A stretch of 64,000 bases of DNA from Cycas panzhihuaensis (taxonomy: Eukaryota; Plantae; Cycadophyta): NCBI GenBank assembly GCA_023213395.1, contig CM041465.1, positions 106,461,741-106,525,740 of the forward strand. The letters are read 5' to 3'. This document shows positions 40,961-54,683 of this stretch, piece after piece. Position 1 is the first letter of the stretch; each line of letters opens with the position of its first letter. A model generated the notes under the pieces. It did not search any database. It saw only the letters and a program-made list of their open reading frames with translations, and had not been told where the DNA came from. A program made the position numbers and the translations under genes.

Positions 40961-43900
40961 ATGGTAGCCTAGTCCGAAACTTCAAAGAAAAAATTTAGAG
41001 TATTAGAATTAAACCAGAGCATAAAGGCCTTAACAATCCTAATCCAAGAGTTACTAACAAAAGCAGATCAAATAACATAGAACATATTAGGTGGAGAAAT
41101 GGATAATAGCAATGCATTAGAAATAGATTAAATGGATGCTTGAAATAATCAAGAAATCCAAAGAAATAAGACTAAGATATTCAATGGACAAGTTTATGAA
41201 AAGAGAACTCCTAACATGGATAATAGATGGAAAAGGGTAAGATTATCTTTGGAAAATTTTGATCCAAAAGTATCTAAGAATATTATAAATTAGATCTTAT
41301 AAATGAAGAACTATTTTAAGTTCTACAACTCAATAACTAAGGAAACGATGGAAATAACATCCTTACACTTAAAACAAAAGGGTGTTAAGGTGGTAGTATT
41401 GGTGACAAAAGATGAACTTACTAATAAAATAGACCTAGGAGAATCTAAGAGTAGGATTAGTAGAATAACATGACAATTCTTAGAATACAAATTACTTTGC
41501 TCAGTTAATATGATTACATCAACAAGGAATAGTCCAAGAATACAAGGAATAGTTCCAAATGCTACAATGTATAGTCTCAGAAAAAATATTGTAGGAATGT
41601 TTATTAGAGGCTTATATCAGTGGATTAAAAAATCAGGTCAAATTTAAAGTTAAAGTAGTAGATCTACCATAACTTCAAGTAGCAATTCGGATAATAAGAA
41701 ATATAGGGGCAGAACTCAAAGACAATAGATCAACATATACAAGGAGATATGAGCCACCATCATATTAGACCTAGAATCCTAATTGGGCAAAATCGAGAAC
41801 AAAAGCAGATCCTTTATTAGCTATAAAAACTATAGGAGAAAGACCAAGAATAACAAAAGAGGATCATATATGAAAGCATGCATGCTTCAATTGTGAAGAG
41901 AAATGGAATAGGGAACACCAGTTCCCAGAAAAGAAAGTTTTAATGATCAATAATGAGGATGCAGAAAAACCAGGAGAAGCAGAGAAAGAAGTAGAACAAG
42001 ACTAGAGCATAGAAAGAGAGAAAAATAAACTTCTAGAAGTGGATATAGGGAATGTCCAAATCTCATTATAGGCCATTATGGGGAAACAAGTAATGTCATA
42101 AACCCTAAGATTCCAAGGACAAATCAAGGGAATACTAGCATCAATCTTGGTTGACAGCGAGAGTATGCATAATTTTATAAAAAAGGTATCAGTTAAAAAA
42201 CTAGGGTTATAAGTGAAACCACTTAATACATTCTAGGTGTCAATGGAAAATGGGAGAATAATGCCACAGACGATATTGCAAAGACACAACTCTTCAAATC
42301 AACAATTTAAGGTCACAACTTGTATGTTTTCCATGCCCATAAGTAGAGTGGACACAATTCTAGGGATTCAATGGCTATAAACATTAGGGAACACCATTAC
42401 CAACTATATGATAAGATTTATATGTTTCCAATAAAAAGGACATAAATATCAATTATAAGCCCCAGCCACACCTCCAGTTCAACTTATATCATCTCACAGG
42501 ATGGAACAAATTCTAAAGAAGAATTCATAAGCATGCATAATATCATGTTACAAATGGAAATAGAAGACATTCCCCAAGAGAATTAGTTAATTTTAGAAGA
42601 ACAACAGAGAGATTTTGAATAACCCCAAGGACTACCACCGAAAAAGGAATTGGAACACATAATAGATCTTATTCCTAAAGCAATACTAGTCAATATTCTT
42701 CCATATAGATATCCTTATCATCTTAGGAAGGAAATTAAAAAGATCACACAAGAACTATTACTCCAAGGCATAGTGGCAAAAAGCACAAGCCCATTCCCTT
42801 CTCTCATGGTAGTAAATCCAAAGAAGGGTGGATCTTATAGAATATGTGTGGATTACCGTGGCCTAAATAAATTGACCATAAAGAACCATTATCATATCCC
42901 AAGGATCCAAGATTTATTAAATGAGTTACATGGAGCCTGATATTTTTTAAAAATAGATTTATGCTTAGGTTACTACCAAATAATAGTCAAAAAAGAAGAT
43001 GTCTACAAAACTACATTCAGAATGTATGAAAGATTGTTTGAATTCATGGTTATGTCTTTTGGCTTAACAAATGCTCCATCCACTTTCTAAATCATAATGA
43101 ATTCAATATTGAAACACGTTCTGAGGAAATTTATGTTGGTTTTCTTTGACGATATCCTGATCTATAGTAGAATATAAGAACATTTGGAATATATAAATGC
43201 ATTTTTGCTCATACTTAAGAAAGTGTAGTTGTTCAAAAATAAGAAAAAGTGTTCTTTCACAAAAGAGGAATTTGAGTATCTGGGTCATATTATCATAGGT
43301 GAAGGAATCAAAATTAATCAAAAAAAGATCTAGATAATTGTAAACTAACCAACTCTAAAGAATGTCATAGGATTAAGAAGTTTTTTTGGTGCAATGGGAT
43401 TTCTGAGAAAATTCATAAAAGGGTATGCATGCATAGCATTGCCACTAATAGATGTGACCAAAATGGATTAGTGTAGATAAAATTTAAGAAGAGAAGGAGC
43501 ATTTCAAGAGTTAAAATAGGCAATAATCATGGCTCTAGTACTGGCCTTACTGGACTTCACTCAACCATTCATACTAGAATATGATGCTTCAAGTTTTGGA
43601 ATTGGATCAATTCTTTTACAAGGAAAAAGGCCTATAACTTATGAAAGTCAAAAGCTGGATAATAGAGGAAAAATGAAACCAATATATGAGAAAGACATGT
43701 TGGCCATTATGCACACTAGACCAATGGAGGCAACATCCATTAAAGAGCAAATTTGTGGTCAAAATTGATCATTATAGCTTGAAGTACTTTCTAAATCAAA
43801 AGGTATTATCTTATTAGCAATAAAAGTGGGTCAACAAATTATAGACCTTCGACTTTACCATAGAATACAAAAAGGGGAAAGAAAATGTGATAGCAAATGC

Positions 43901-45285
43901 TATATCTAGACTATCATAAGAAGAAAATATTGAAGCTTCAGCCAACTCAGTGATAATAGAAACTCTAAAATAAACAACAAAGTTGGCAAAGGAACATGAA
44001 GATGATAAGATATCACAAGAAATAAAACAAAAAATTAAAGAAGGAAAAGTAGAGTAGTTCATAGAATAAGGAGGATTAATTCTAAGGAAAGAAAAAATAT
44101 TTGTTCCAAAGACAAGCAAACTAAATGAAGTACTACTTCAAGAAGCTCAATCAACTCTAGTTTCAGGACATTCAGAAGGAAGAGATTGCTATAAAGACCC
44201 TTAGGTTGCTACAAGCCCTTCCAATTCCCCATAAAAAATGGGAAGAAATTTCTATGGATTTTATTATAGATCTTTCATATTCAGAAGGAAGAGACATAAT
44301 TTTTGTAGTAGTAGATAGATTAACCAAATATACCCAATTTAGGGGAACTTATATAGAAGTGAAAGTAATCCAAATAGTAAAATTATATATGAAAGAAATT
44401 TATAGGCTATATGGATTTCCAAAAGTTATAGTCAATGGCAGGGACTCCAAATTCACAGGTCACTTTTGGAAGGAATTGTTCAAATTAGTTGGCACTAGCC
44501 TGCATATGAGCTTGGCATACTACTCACAGATAGATGGCTAGATAGAAATAGGTAACAAATGCATTGATGGATACTTAAGAAACTTCATATCGAATAAACA
44601 TATGCAATGGAATTAATGGATCCATCTAGCAGAATGGTGCTATTACACAACATACCACACAGTAGCAAAGATGTCACAATTTCAATCACTATATAGGTAT
44701 GAACCTTCATCACTCTTGAATTGTCTAAATATATCTAAAGTGCAAACAGTTCAAGAATATCTAGAACAAATACATGAAACAATCTAAATACTAAAGAATA
44801 ATTTGGAGATGGTAAAGAATAGGATGAAGTAGCAAGCAGATACAAAGAAATCTAAATGAAGTTTTGAGGTAGGAGAATGGGTATTTTTAAGAATCCAACC
44901 CTACAAACAAATGTCAATAAAATAAAATAATCAATATAAATTATTACCAAGATTCCTTCGACCATATCATATCAAGGAATGCATAGGGAAAATAGCATAT
45001 TAGTTAAAACTACTACCAAGAAGCAAAATCCATAATATCTTCTATGTGTCTTATTTAAAGAAAAAGTTGGGTGAAAATGAGGCTCCAAAAATGAATTTGC
45101 TAACACTGGATGAAAAAGGAATGATGATAGTGGAACCTAAGGGAATACTAAAGACTAGGGACAAGAATTTACAATCTAGGATAATAAAAGAATATCTCAT
45201 CAAATGGAAGACATTAGAGCTTGAAGATACAATGTGGAAATATGAAGAATGTATGCAGAAAAATGGGCCCTTACCAATGCTTTGA
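40961..45285 (+). pseudogene. Chromovirus gag-pol, unit 2 (about 100-bp deletion in the integrase Zn-binding region)
   Basis: Colinear with unit 1; ORF fragments 42650, 43529, 44206 and 45046 (chromodomain). Confidence 0.93.
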
Positions 45286-45315
45286 GGGCAAAGCATATTT
45301 TGAAGAGGGGGGACT

Positions 45316-45907
45316 TATAACATTCCAAAACTCTAGACAAAACTATTCTATGTAACCATTCAAATCGAAGGTCTCTAAATGAGGATTCCAATGGTTCATA
45401 CGAAAGTCAATTCTAACATCTATATCAAAAGTTATAATCATTTAAAGTTTTCAGCTTGCTAGTTTTTAGGGAAAGTTCTGGTCAACCTCTATTTGAGCAG
45501 TATTAAGGAGAATATCACCCAATTTGGGTGACTTCTAATTGAAGCATTTTGATCATTATAAATATGAAGTTTGGGCCACATCCCAAACCATCTTTGGAGG
45601 TTTTTTTAGCTACATATTTTTAGTTCTAGGGTTACAATTAGCACGCCTATTGGGGGGCTATAATATGGAGGGTTCCTCACCTCGAAGAGGGAAGCTCACT
45701 TCTCTAGGAAAGACCAGTATTTTGATGTAATTTTATTCTATTTTTTATATTATTTGATAATAAAGATTACTATTTATTTTTATGGATTCTATAATTCCTG
45801 TTCCTTGTTTATTTTCCTATTGGATAACATCTAGTTATTATCTTTCTGTAGATTATTACCTGTATTTTTTAGGAAAATTATTATAAAAGTAGAACTAGAT
45901 CACTTTA
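45316..45907 (+). repeat. LTR3 of dimer
   Basis: Follows PPT gaagagggggga; followed by TSD AGCCT. Confidence 0.93.
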
Positions 45908-47519
45908 AGCCTAGTGAATCATTTCAAGAATTTGCCTTAAGATGCATGGAATTGTTCGCTTAGTCCACATACATAGTGGATGTTAATTAGAAGATTGACT
46001 ACTTTGTGAATAAGTATCTATCTAAAGTACATATGATGTTGAGGCATCAAACACATGCAACTTTTGAACAAGTAGTCAAAAATGTAATCAAATTTGAAGA
46101 GGATGTTGAAGAAAATCCAATCCCATCACAAGAAATCATGGGACAATTGCTTGACATAGTGAAAAAATTAAGCTTGTATTAGGAAAGGATAAGAAGACAA
46201 GATGTATGGTGTATCGACTACCATCAACAAGGTCATTATAGGGAAGAATGTCTGCAGAAAGCATAGGAGACAAAACACACTTATCACCACATAGTGTAGC
46301 CATATAAGAAAGAAAGGAGAAAATGTTTTGAGAAAAATAAAGATCATATACAAAAGGGCGCAACAAGTTTCTATCATATCTATAAGAAAGCTAATTATAT
46401 AACTGAGAATTGTTACTTTAACATGATGAATAAAGATAAGATAAAGTCAAAATAAAATAAATATATGAAATGTCAATGTTGGGATCACACTAACTTAAAA
46501 TGTTCTCAAAAGACTAAAGCATTTTCATGTTTACTCTATGGACCTAGAAAATACAATACTTTAAACTACTTAGATTTGCTCACACAAATAAAAGGTAAGG
46601 ATAAAGTAATCAAAAGATCCATATCTCCAAACAGAGAGCAACCTGATGGAAAAAGTCAACAAAGTAACTAGGTTACCCATCAAGGGATGAAAGGAGATAG
46701 AGAGGTACATCAAAGATGGTATTGAATAAACCATGAAAGGAGAAAACTTCATACCAAAATCCTTTAGAGAAGAAGAAGATATTTAGTGAATTTTATGAAG
46801 AGTTTAACCCAATAAGTAAATATTTCCTTTTGTCCATCCAGAATGAAATGTGTTCTCAAATCAGAGATGGTAATACTAGAAGTTAAATAAATTAGGCAAA
46901 TGATAAGAAGGTGCATTGAGGAAGATGAAGACTTAGAACCATTGGTGTACATCCAAATTGGTGATTATCTATTTCAAGATGCTATTGTTAATTTTGCCCC
47001 ACAAGTTAATCTCATTACTAAAGAAACTTGGAAGTGGTTAGGTCGATCTACACTTAACCAGTCACTAATTTTAGTGAAAGTAGTGGATCAAAATCTTGCC
47101 CGACCTCTTGGAAGATTAACTACTTATCAAATTTCTTACACAGGAATTCAAATTCAAGTGGACTTTGAAATTGTTTCCCTACTAGGAGGAAAAGATGTTT
47201 ATCAAATCCTTTTGGAAAGACCTCGGGGAAGGAAGATGAGAGCGACATTGTGCTTAAACTAAAAAAAGTTGATCATTAGACATAATAATAGGTTTGTCAT
47301 TATTCCCTTAGGTAAATGACTCACAATCTTCCTTAGAAAAGACTTATCACTGCCAAGCCTTAAATGAAGATTTTGTTAATCTAACTACAAAAGGGTATCT
47401 AGATTTCCAAATTATAGAATCTCAATCGATGAACTTAGACAAGATTATACAAGCATGACAAGATGAGAGGTATATGGAACATCGCAAATCCTTCTGCATT
47501 TAGACAATGAAAAGAATTC

Positions 47520-49340
47520 TCAGAGCTAAAACAGCTTTATGATGGAAAAATAGGATCTAGGGAATTTTTGGAAAATTTAGGCTAGGAAAAAGGGGATTTA
47601 ATGGAAAACTAACTTAAAGTTTTAACAGGACTAGCTTTTAATTGGTAGCTGAATTCAAAAGAGTAATGGAGATCATATATAAAATCCATTTAGTGCTTTT
47701 AAAGGAGATTTGATCTAAGCCAAAAATGTCAAGAAATGTCATTGATTAAATACTAAGGATACATGAATATGCAAAAACATGTGGAATTATATGAAAAGGT
47801 ATGGAGTTTATCCCTTTAGGAGACATCTATTTATCAACCAAGCATGCACTAGCTATTGGAGCTATGGAAAGATTAAAACATGTCTGATACAATTTCCCAA
47901 AGGATTATATTTCCAACATTTTCTCAATAAGACACAATTTTCTTAGACATACACAAAGAAATAACATGTTCTCTAACATAGATGAATACAATCTTGGTTC
48001 CTCTCAATACTTCGAAATTTTCTTCTTAAAAGGATCCTCTAATTATTTGATTCTCATACTTCAAAATCTAAAGAAGCTATCTTAGGAAAAATAATTCTTA
48101 ATTCTAAGAAAGTTATTACTTCTAAATTCTAGATTTAGCTAAGAATTATTTTGACAGAGTTTTTCTTCAAAGAAGGCATATAATAGTTCAACCTTTTATG
48201 ATAAAGACTTCCCACTAAAGTATAAAAAATACATACCATTAAAATTATCTTTTTGGTTGAGTATACAAACCCTCTACTATTGATCCAATGATTTTGTCTT
48301 CTTCCAAATTAAATAACTTAGGTCACATAACTTCAACAAGGAAGGAATTAAACTTTCATACAACAGTATACAAACATCATCTATGAGTAGATGTCAAGAT
48401 TTTATCTTCCAAAAATAACACCAAAATAGTAAATATATCTTCAGTAAATAGTATGTATCCAATCGTGTAACCAACACATAAAACAATGTATAATCAATAA
48501 TATAACTCATCATATAACCAACATTATCATTCAGTATAAACAATGTATATTTAGCAATATATCCAACAAATTAAACTCGGTAGTAATGGTGTGTATCCAA
48601 TAGCATAATCATCAAGTAAACTCAAGAATATTCAGTGTATAACTAGCAATGTAATTAGTAGTAGAGGATAATAAGAATTGATAGTAAATAACAAATTTTG
48701 ACAAGGCTAAGTACGAACCTTTTTCTTTAGATATTTATGATTTTTAAATATAAATCATACTAGATATATGCTTTATTAAAAACAACAGTGAACTTAGCTA
48801 AAAATTTTATGTAAAAACTAACCTTTGTAATCACCCACTTGGAAATATTAGTATCAACTGACTTTAGGACAAATCCATCTTTTTCAATTTTTTTGGCAAA
48901 CTTGGCTACCAATACAAATAATACAGACAAAATTAAGACCTCCAACATGCCTTCTCTAATACCATGTTAAGAAGTTACATGATATGCATACTTAGAATTA
49001 CATGAAAACAACAAAAACTAGCAAAAATAGAAAGCTTAAAATATGGAGAAGATTATCCATGAATTGAGTTGTTAAAATGAAGTATAAAATGTCTTTAAAT
49101 AGTACAATGTTTCTTCAAATTCTGACTAATCTATACATCATGTATTTTAGCTAACTATACGTAAGATAAAATACTCTAAACACTATCATGTGGCTAACTT
49201 GTATATATATATATATATAATACTCAATACATTATTCTATGGCTGGCTTATATATACATATTAAGGCTAACTTCATCACTAAATATTCATATGCATCAAT
49301 GCATATTGAGATGTCTTCATTACTATATCTACATTACTTT
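47520..49340 (-). mobile_element. Truncated minus-strand LTR element F (5' LTR ~48965-49335, PBS, decayed internal part)
   Basis: ctctaatacca (minus-strand TGGTATTAGAG) at 48954-48964 next to tgttaag. It sits where RT of the host Gypsy is missing. Boundaries are approximate. Confidence 0.55.
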
Positions 49341-50385
49341 TAAGAAATTATGCAACAACTAAATGAGAAGGACTTGCCTTAATTTATGCATTTCAAAAGT
49401 TTAACCATTATCTATTGTCAAATTTATTTCACTTTTACATTTATCATCAAGGATTGATATACCTAATGAATAAACTAGTGTTGCAAGGCAGACTTAGTTA
49501 AGGGATTCTTTTGTTTTAGGAATATGATTTCAAGATATTCTTGAAACTAAGAAAAGTGTATATGGTACCTAACCATCTGTCAAAATTTCAAATAAGAGAG
49601 GCACTGGTGGGAGTGGAAGACAACTTTCTAAATGCTAAGTTATATAATATAGAAGTTGTTCCAGATTAATTCATGGATATTGCTTAATTTCTACATAGTG
49701 AAATGGCACCATCGACAATGTCAAAAAAGGAGAAAAAAGATTTAGTAATAAAAAGCCAGCAATATCAGTTAATTACAAGACAATTGTATAGATTGGGACT
49801 AGATATGATATTGTAATGTTGTGTTCCCAAACATAAGCAAGATATAATCTTGAAAATATCCCATAAAGGCATAGCTAGGGGACACATAGCTGGAGAAACT
49901 TTGGCTTAAAAACTTATACAATCAAGATTATGGTGTCCTATAATTTTTCCCGATTCAAATAATTAGTCAAAGAAATGTGACATATGCCAGAGAATAGGGA
50001 AACCCATTAAATCAGACTTCCTTCCATTAAAATCAATCTTAGAAAAACACCTTTTGCTAAATGGGGTATCAACTTTGTTAGACCCATTAGTCCAACAACA
50101 ATATGATCTAAAGCATAATACATCATAGTGGTGACAAACTATATGATTGTATGGGTCGAAGCTAGACCAACAAGGGATTACACAGTGGCAATGACAATAA
50201 GGTTTCTCTTTGAAATAATCATATCAAGGTTTGGATGCTTATTGGAGTTGGTTAGTGATCGAGGAACATATTTTATCAATGTAATAATAAAAAAATTACT
50301 AGATAAATTTTTTGATCCAACATTACAAATCAACATCATACTATCCTCAATATAACAACCTAGCAAAAAGCTCGAATAATAGTTT

Positions 50386-53300
50386 TGTTAGAAAACATAA
50401 CTGAAGCAAACAAGGTCTATAGGATCTTTCACACTAGGCAGATATCAAGCAGGAATAGATCGCACGAGACACCAGATTGTCATGGGAAACCCTTATGGGT
50501 GAAAACCCACAAATGATAATATTTTACATTATGATAAAATGATATATAACAAAGTAAGACTTTGATCTATATTTATAGATCTAAAGTTCCAAATATAATT
50601 ACAATTACATCCATCATCTTACCATAATAAAAAATATTCCTCCATATAATTAGGCATAAAAATAGGAAGGCCCACTTTACATTAGGTGGTATGGACATAT
50701 TTTCTAACATCCCATCTTAATGTAAATGTGGGGCAACAAGGATTATCATTGGGAATAAATCCCCTCTCAAGGATAACCTTACCCAACCTAATATGCACGA
50801 ATGTCGATCTAGTGATCTTCTCTTAAATGTAATGGTGCCATGCCTCGTATGTGCTCGATTTTTTGGAAATACTTCAATAAACCTGCAACCATGTAATTCT
50901 CTCCGCACCTAACACTTTGTCGATTCAACTCAGCTAATTTCCTTTGACTAAACCAAGAGGTTGAGCCATGTGAATCACCTCTTCAAGTCTCCATTAAGCA
51001 ACGTTGATATGATACAATATGATACCTAACTATCTGAAGCTACAAAAGTAAGGATCAAACAGACCAAAAGCAACATAGAGACTGATGCAAATGTCTCATC
51101 ATACCTTAATCCTTCTTCTTGCTAGAAATCTTGTGCAACAAGCTTACCAACTTGTAAACTGACTAGGTTCTTACTTCAATACAGCTCTCCATTATGAACT
51201 TGTACTTACTAGAACATTAGTATCTATCTCAAGTTTTGATTGGCATGTTGATCCATGATCTTTCATCATCCTACAAGTCTCTAACTGTCAACTAAGCATG
51301 GGGTTACAATCCATGTATCATTATCTAACAACTCCTTATCATCTGTCACTAAGTCTTGCTTCCATCTCAAGAACAATATTAGGTAAACAAACCTCCACAC
51401 ATGCTGGATAATGTCTCAGAAAAAGTGAAGTAATGAAGGACAAAACCTATAACCAAATGACACTCAACATGATATGTCATAAACTTATCAACTTAACATC
51501 TAGACTGATCATAATGCATTTCTACTGTAGATCATATTATTTGTAAGCTAAACAACCCATAGGCTTCAAACTCTTGCAATCCTACTACTGCAATCTCCAT
51601 CTAAGATGTGTGCACTCTAATGAACCAAAGGAAATAAATGGAAGGCTTCAGACTTGGTCCAAACACAAAACACATGAGGGGAATATATGCCACGAATAGT
51701 CATATTAGGGGTACCCATACCTGTCCGCTACAACTTATGCCATCAAACCATAGGAGGCAAACTACTAACATGCACCAAACCTCACCATCATGATACTCAC
51801 CTACAATGCAACCTTACAGGCCAACTATATATACCATGACAAAGGCATCGCTAATTTTAAGACAACTCATCTTAGACCTTTCCATTCATACTTTAACTTA
51901 TCAAACATTGTCTTAGTTCCACATCAGACTTGTTCAGATATGTACCCATGTTGAACCAACATTAATTAGGCCACAAACCTTCATGCTATCATCAGTCCAA
52001 CTAACAAAGCATAACGGTCCATCAAAAATGACAACCAATCATACATGTAGATTTCTAAACTTCATCACCTCATATACATCTAATATAATTGAACTCAAAT
52101 ATAATCATTTATAAGAACACACTTGTTTCACTAAATCAACCATACTCATATCACTGAATAATCACATAAATAGTGTAATGATCTATGCCATACTAAACAC
52201 AGTAACAGAGTTTGCAATAACTTGTAATTAAGGTATTTCATGCTCTTTGTCGCCCATTCTTGCCCATCATCGCCCTCAAACATGCCTAATTTTTCCCTTC
52301 TCTTGCCCAATCTTGCCCACAAACTTGCCCTTAAAACCTACCCAAATCCTCGCCCAATGTTGCCATGTAACACACATACAACAAGTACCATACTATTGCC
52401 TTATCTCTCCCATTCAAACATGTTCTTATTTGCCATTTTCTTTCCAATAAAGAAGCATGCTTAATGCACTCTCTTCACCCCAAATCTACCAACTTATATG
52501 ATACCAAGAGTGCACCTAAGGCACTCGCATCACCATTATATCATATTATGTATATCTTAGATTTCTCACAAATACCATACACACTCTATCTCACTATTGA
52601 AGACAATACCTCATATCACCATTGAATCACTATATATATACCTCATGTCACCATCAAAAATGAAACTTTATATAAATTCACCCTTTGCAAAGGTGATTTT
52701 AATAAACAAAGGTTTTTAATAAAGTTTTAAGATGATAACATTGTCAAAATCACTTAAAGACATCAATATATATAAGTGATTTACATATAACAAGGGCGAC
52801 TATATAATCATATATCAATGTGTGAATGTTATAAAGAAGACATCAATCAAATGTCACTTTATATCAAGACATCACGGGTGATATTAAAAAGGTAGCTCAA
52901 AAGTATATACAGGCGACAACTCAAAAGATATCCATCACAGAGGCGATGGAATAACTCAAACTGCTGATATTCACGGTGGCTCAGTATCATTATCACGCAA
53001 ATGAACATAAATCACATAGACTGCAAACCAATGGTGACTGCAATATCAAAAGAGAGGATTTAAATGTTCATTAGGTGACACCATAATATATATGCAGTAT
53101 ATCAAATATTATTTGATACAACATGGTGACAAATGATTAAACGATGGTGATCAATGGCTCAATGGAGACAGAAGCCATATCATTATGGCAGTCTTTCATC
53201 ACGTAGTTGGCAACTTCATTAATAGGAATGGGTGGCATGAACTTGTTATGCACACATCATGGATGCACATGCAGGTGGTTAACATTCACAGGCAACTTTA

Positions 53301-54683
53301 GTAAATCAAACTATAAAGACGCAGGGTGGATTTAGCAACGTACAAGTAATTTAAGATGGTGCAATATGAACGTATATCAGCAGGCATCTGTCAAATATAT
53401 ATCATCCCAGACGCAAAAAATTCATGGGTGACTCAACACTCACGTAATATATTACCAATGTAAAATATAAAAAATTGGCGACTAAATAATAAATATCAAT
53501 GGTGGATCTGTAGTACAAGTGAACTGATAAAAAAAATAATCAAGCGAACTAAGATCAATACGCAGACTGTTGGTGACTACAATATCACATGTAGACTACA
53601 GATAGATGATAATCATGGTTGGGTGACACCATGAGAAATATTTCAAAGGGGATGAAACTAAATATATATGCAAAGATATATATTTAAAAAGGTGTAGACA
53701 ACATATGTATATACCATTGTGAAATATATACATGATTAAAATATCGTAAACACAACATGAATAAATTCACTTTTCAATATATTCATCACCCACACAGAAT
53801 AAAATTCTAATCAATAGTATATACAGCTTAAATATATATCATGCCAGTGATTGATATATATTCAAACCTTAAAATAACCAAAGAGTGATCAAAATATATT
53901 TTATAAGAGTATACTTTAAATTTAATGACTATGTTTATCATTTTATGACTCTACAATAGCCTACTAGGGTTTTTGCACTCTCCCATCAGTAATAGAGGGC
54001 TAGCAATCAACTCTAGGGCATCCAAACTTAGTGGCGTCAACAAATAGGGATCTAGCACCTTCAGCAGGCTCAAACAACACTCATATGGCTAGCAATGGAG
54101 TCAAAACTCGTCCACACACCTCCATATCTCTCATAGTACCTACAAACAATGGATAGAAGGCACCTCCATATAGCTTGTAATACCTACAAATAATGGATAG
54201 AAGGCTCCTAAGATCCTTAGAGATCATCTACGCTACTGTGGTTGACCTACAGGGTCATCAAGTATGTCAATCTGCTAAGGGCAAGGCATCATGACCTGGC
54301 ACCATCGATTGAACCTCTGACAACATTCATCTACCTATGCATGACCTACATGCTTTGATACCATGTTAGAAAATACAACTAAAGCAAACAAGGTCTATAA
54401 AATCTTTCACATCAGGCAGATATCAAGCAGGAACAGATCACACGGGACACCAAATTACCATGGGAAACCTTTATGGGTGAAAACCCACAAATGATAATAT
54501 TTTATATTATGACAAAATGATATATAACAAAGTAGGACTTTGATCTATATTTATAGATCTAAAGTTCCAAATATAATTACAATTACATCCATCGGCTCAC
54601 CACAATGGAGAATATTCCTCCATATAATTAAGTATAAAAATAGGCCCACTTTACATTAGGTGGTATGGACATATTTTCTAACA
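50386..54683 (-). mobile_element. Internally deleted Ty1/Copia element E
   Basis: LTRs 50386-50709 and 54364-54683, PBS gctttgatacca at 54352-54363, PPT-like tract at 50710-50720, TSD AGTTT/ATTTT (1 mismatch), and RT remnant GLRYDETFA near 51090-51110. Confidence 0.9.
54118..54208. repeat. Two-copy ~44-bp tandem repeat in leader of E
   Basis: acctccatat...tacctacaaaYaatggatagaaggc occurs twice. Confidence 0.8.

Larger units (their letters stand above)
35072..45907 (+). mobile_element. Tandem dimer of a chromoviral (Reina-like) Ty3/Gypsy element: LTR-internal-LTR-internal-LTR
   Basis: Three ~590-bp LTRs, two PBS (35661, 40834), two PPT (~40229, ~45302), and an identical TSD AGCCT at 35067-35071 and 45908-45912. 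Confidence 0.95.
34451..47500 (+). pseudogene. Element C gag-protease, split by the chromovirus dimer
   Basis: FPKYNGSIDAKQH..FVTTLKG. The frame continues across the AGCCT TSD (LKNL*I*P|SESFQEF). Several knuckles at 46200-46570; protease PLVYIQIG..DAIVNFAPQVNLI..ILLERP (ORF 46900-47262). Confidence 0.85.

Noticed and set aside
35072-45907. Dimer as an assembly duplication
   Set aside because: The units differ by many transitions and private indels.
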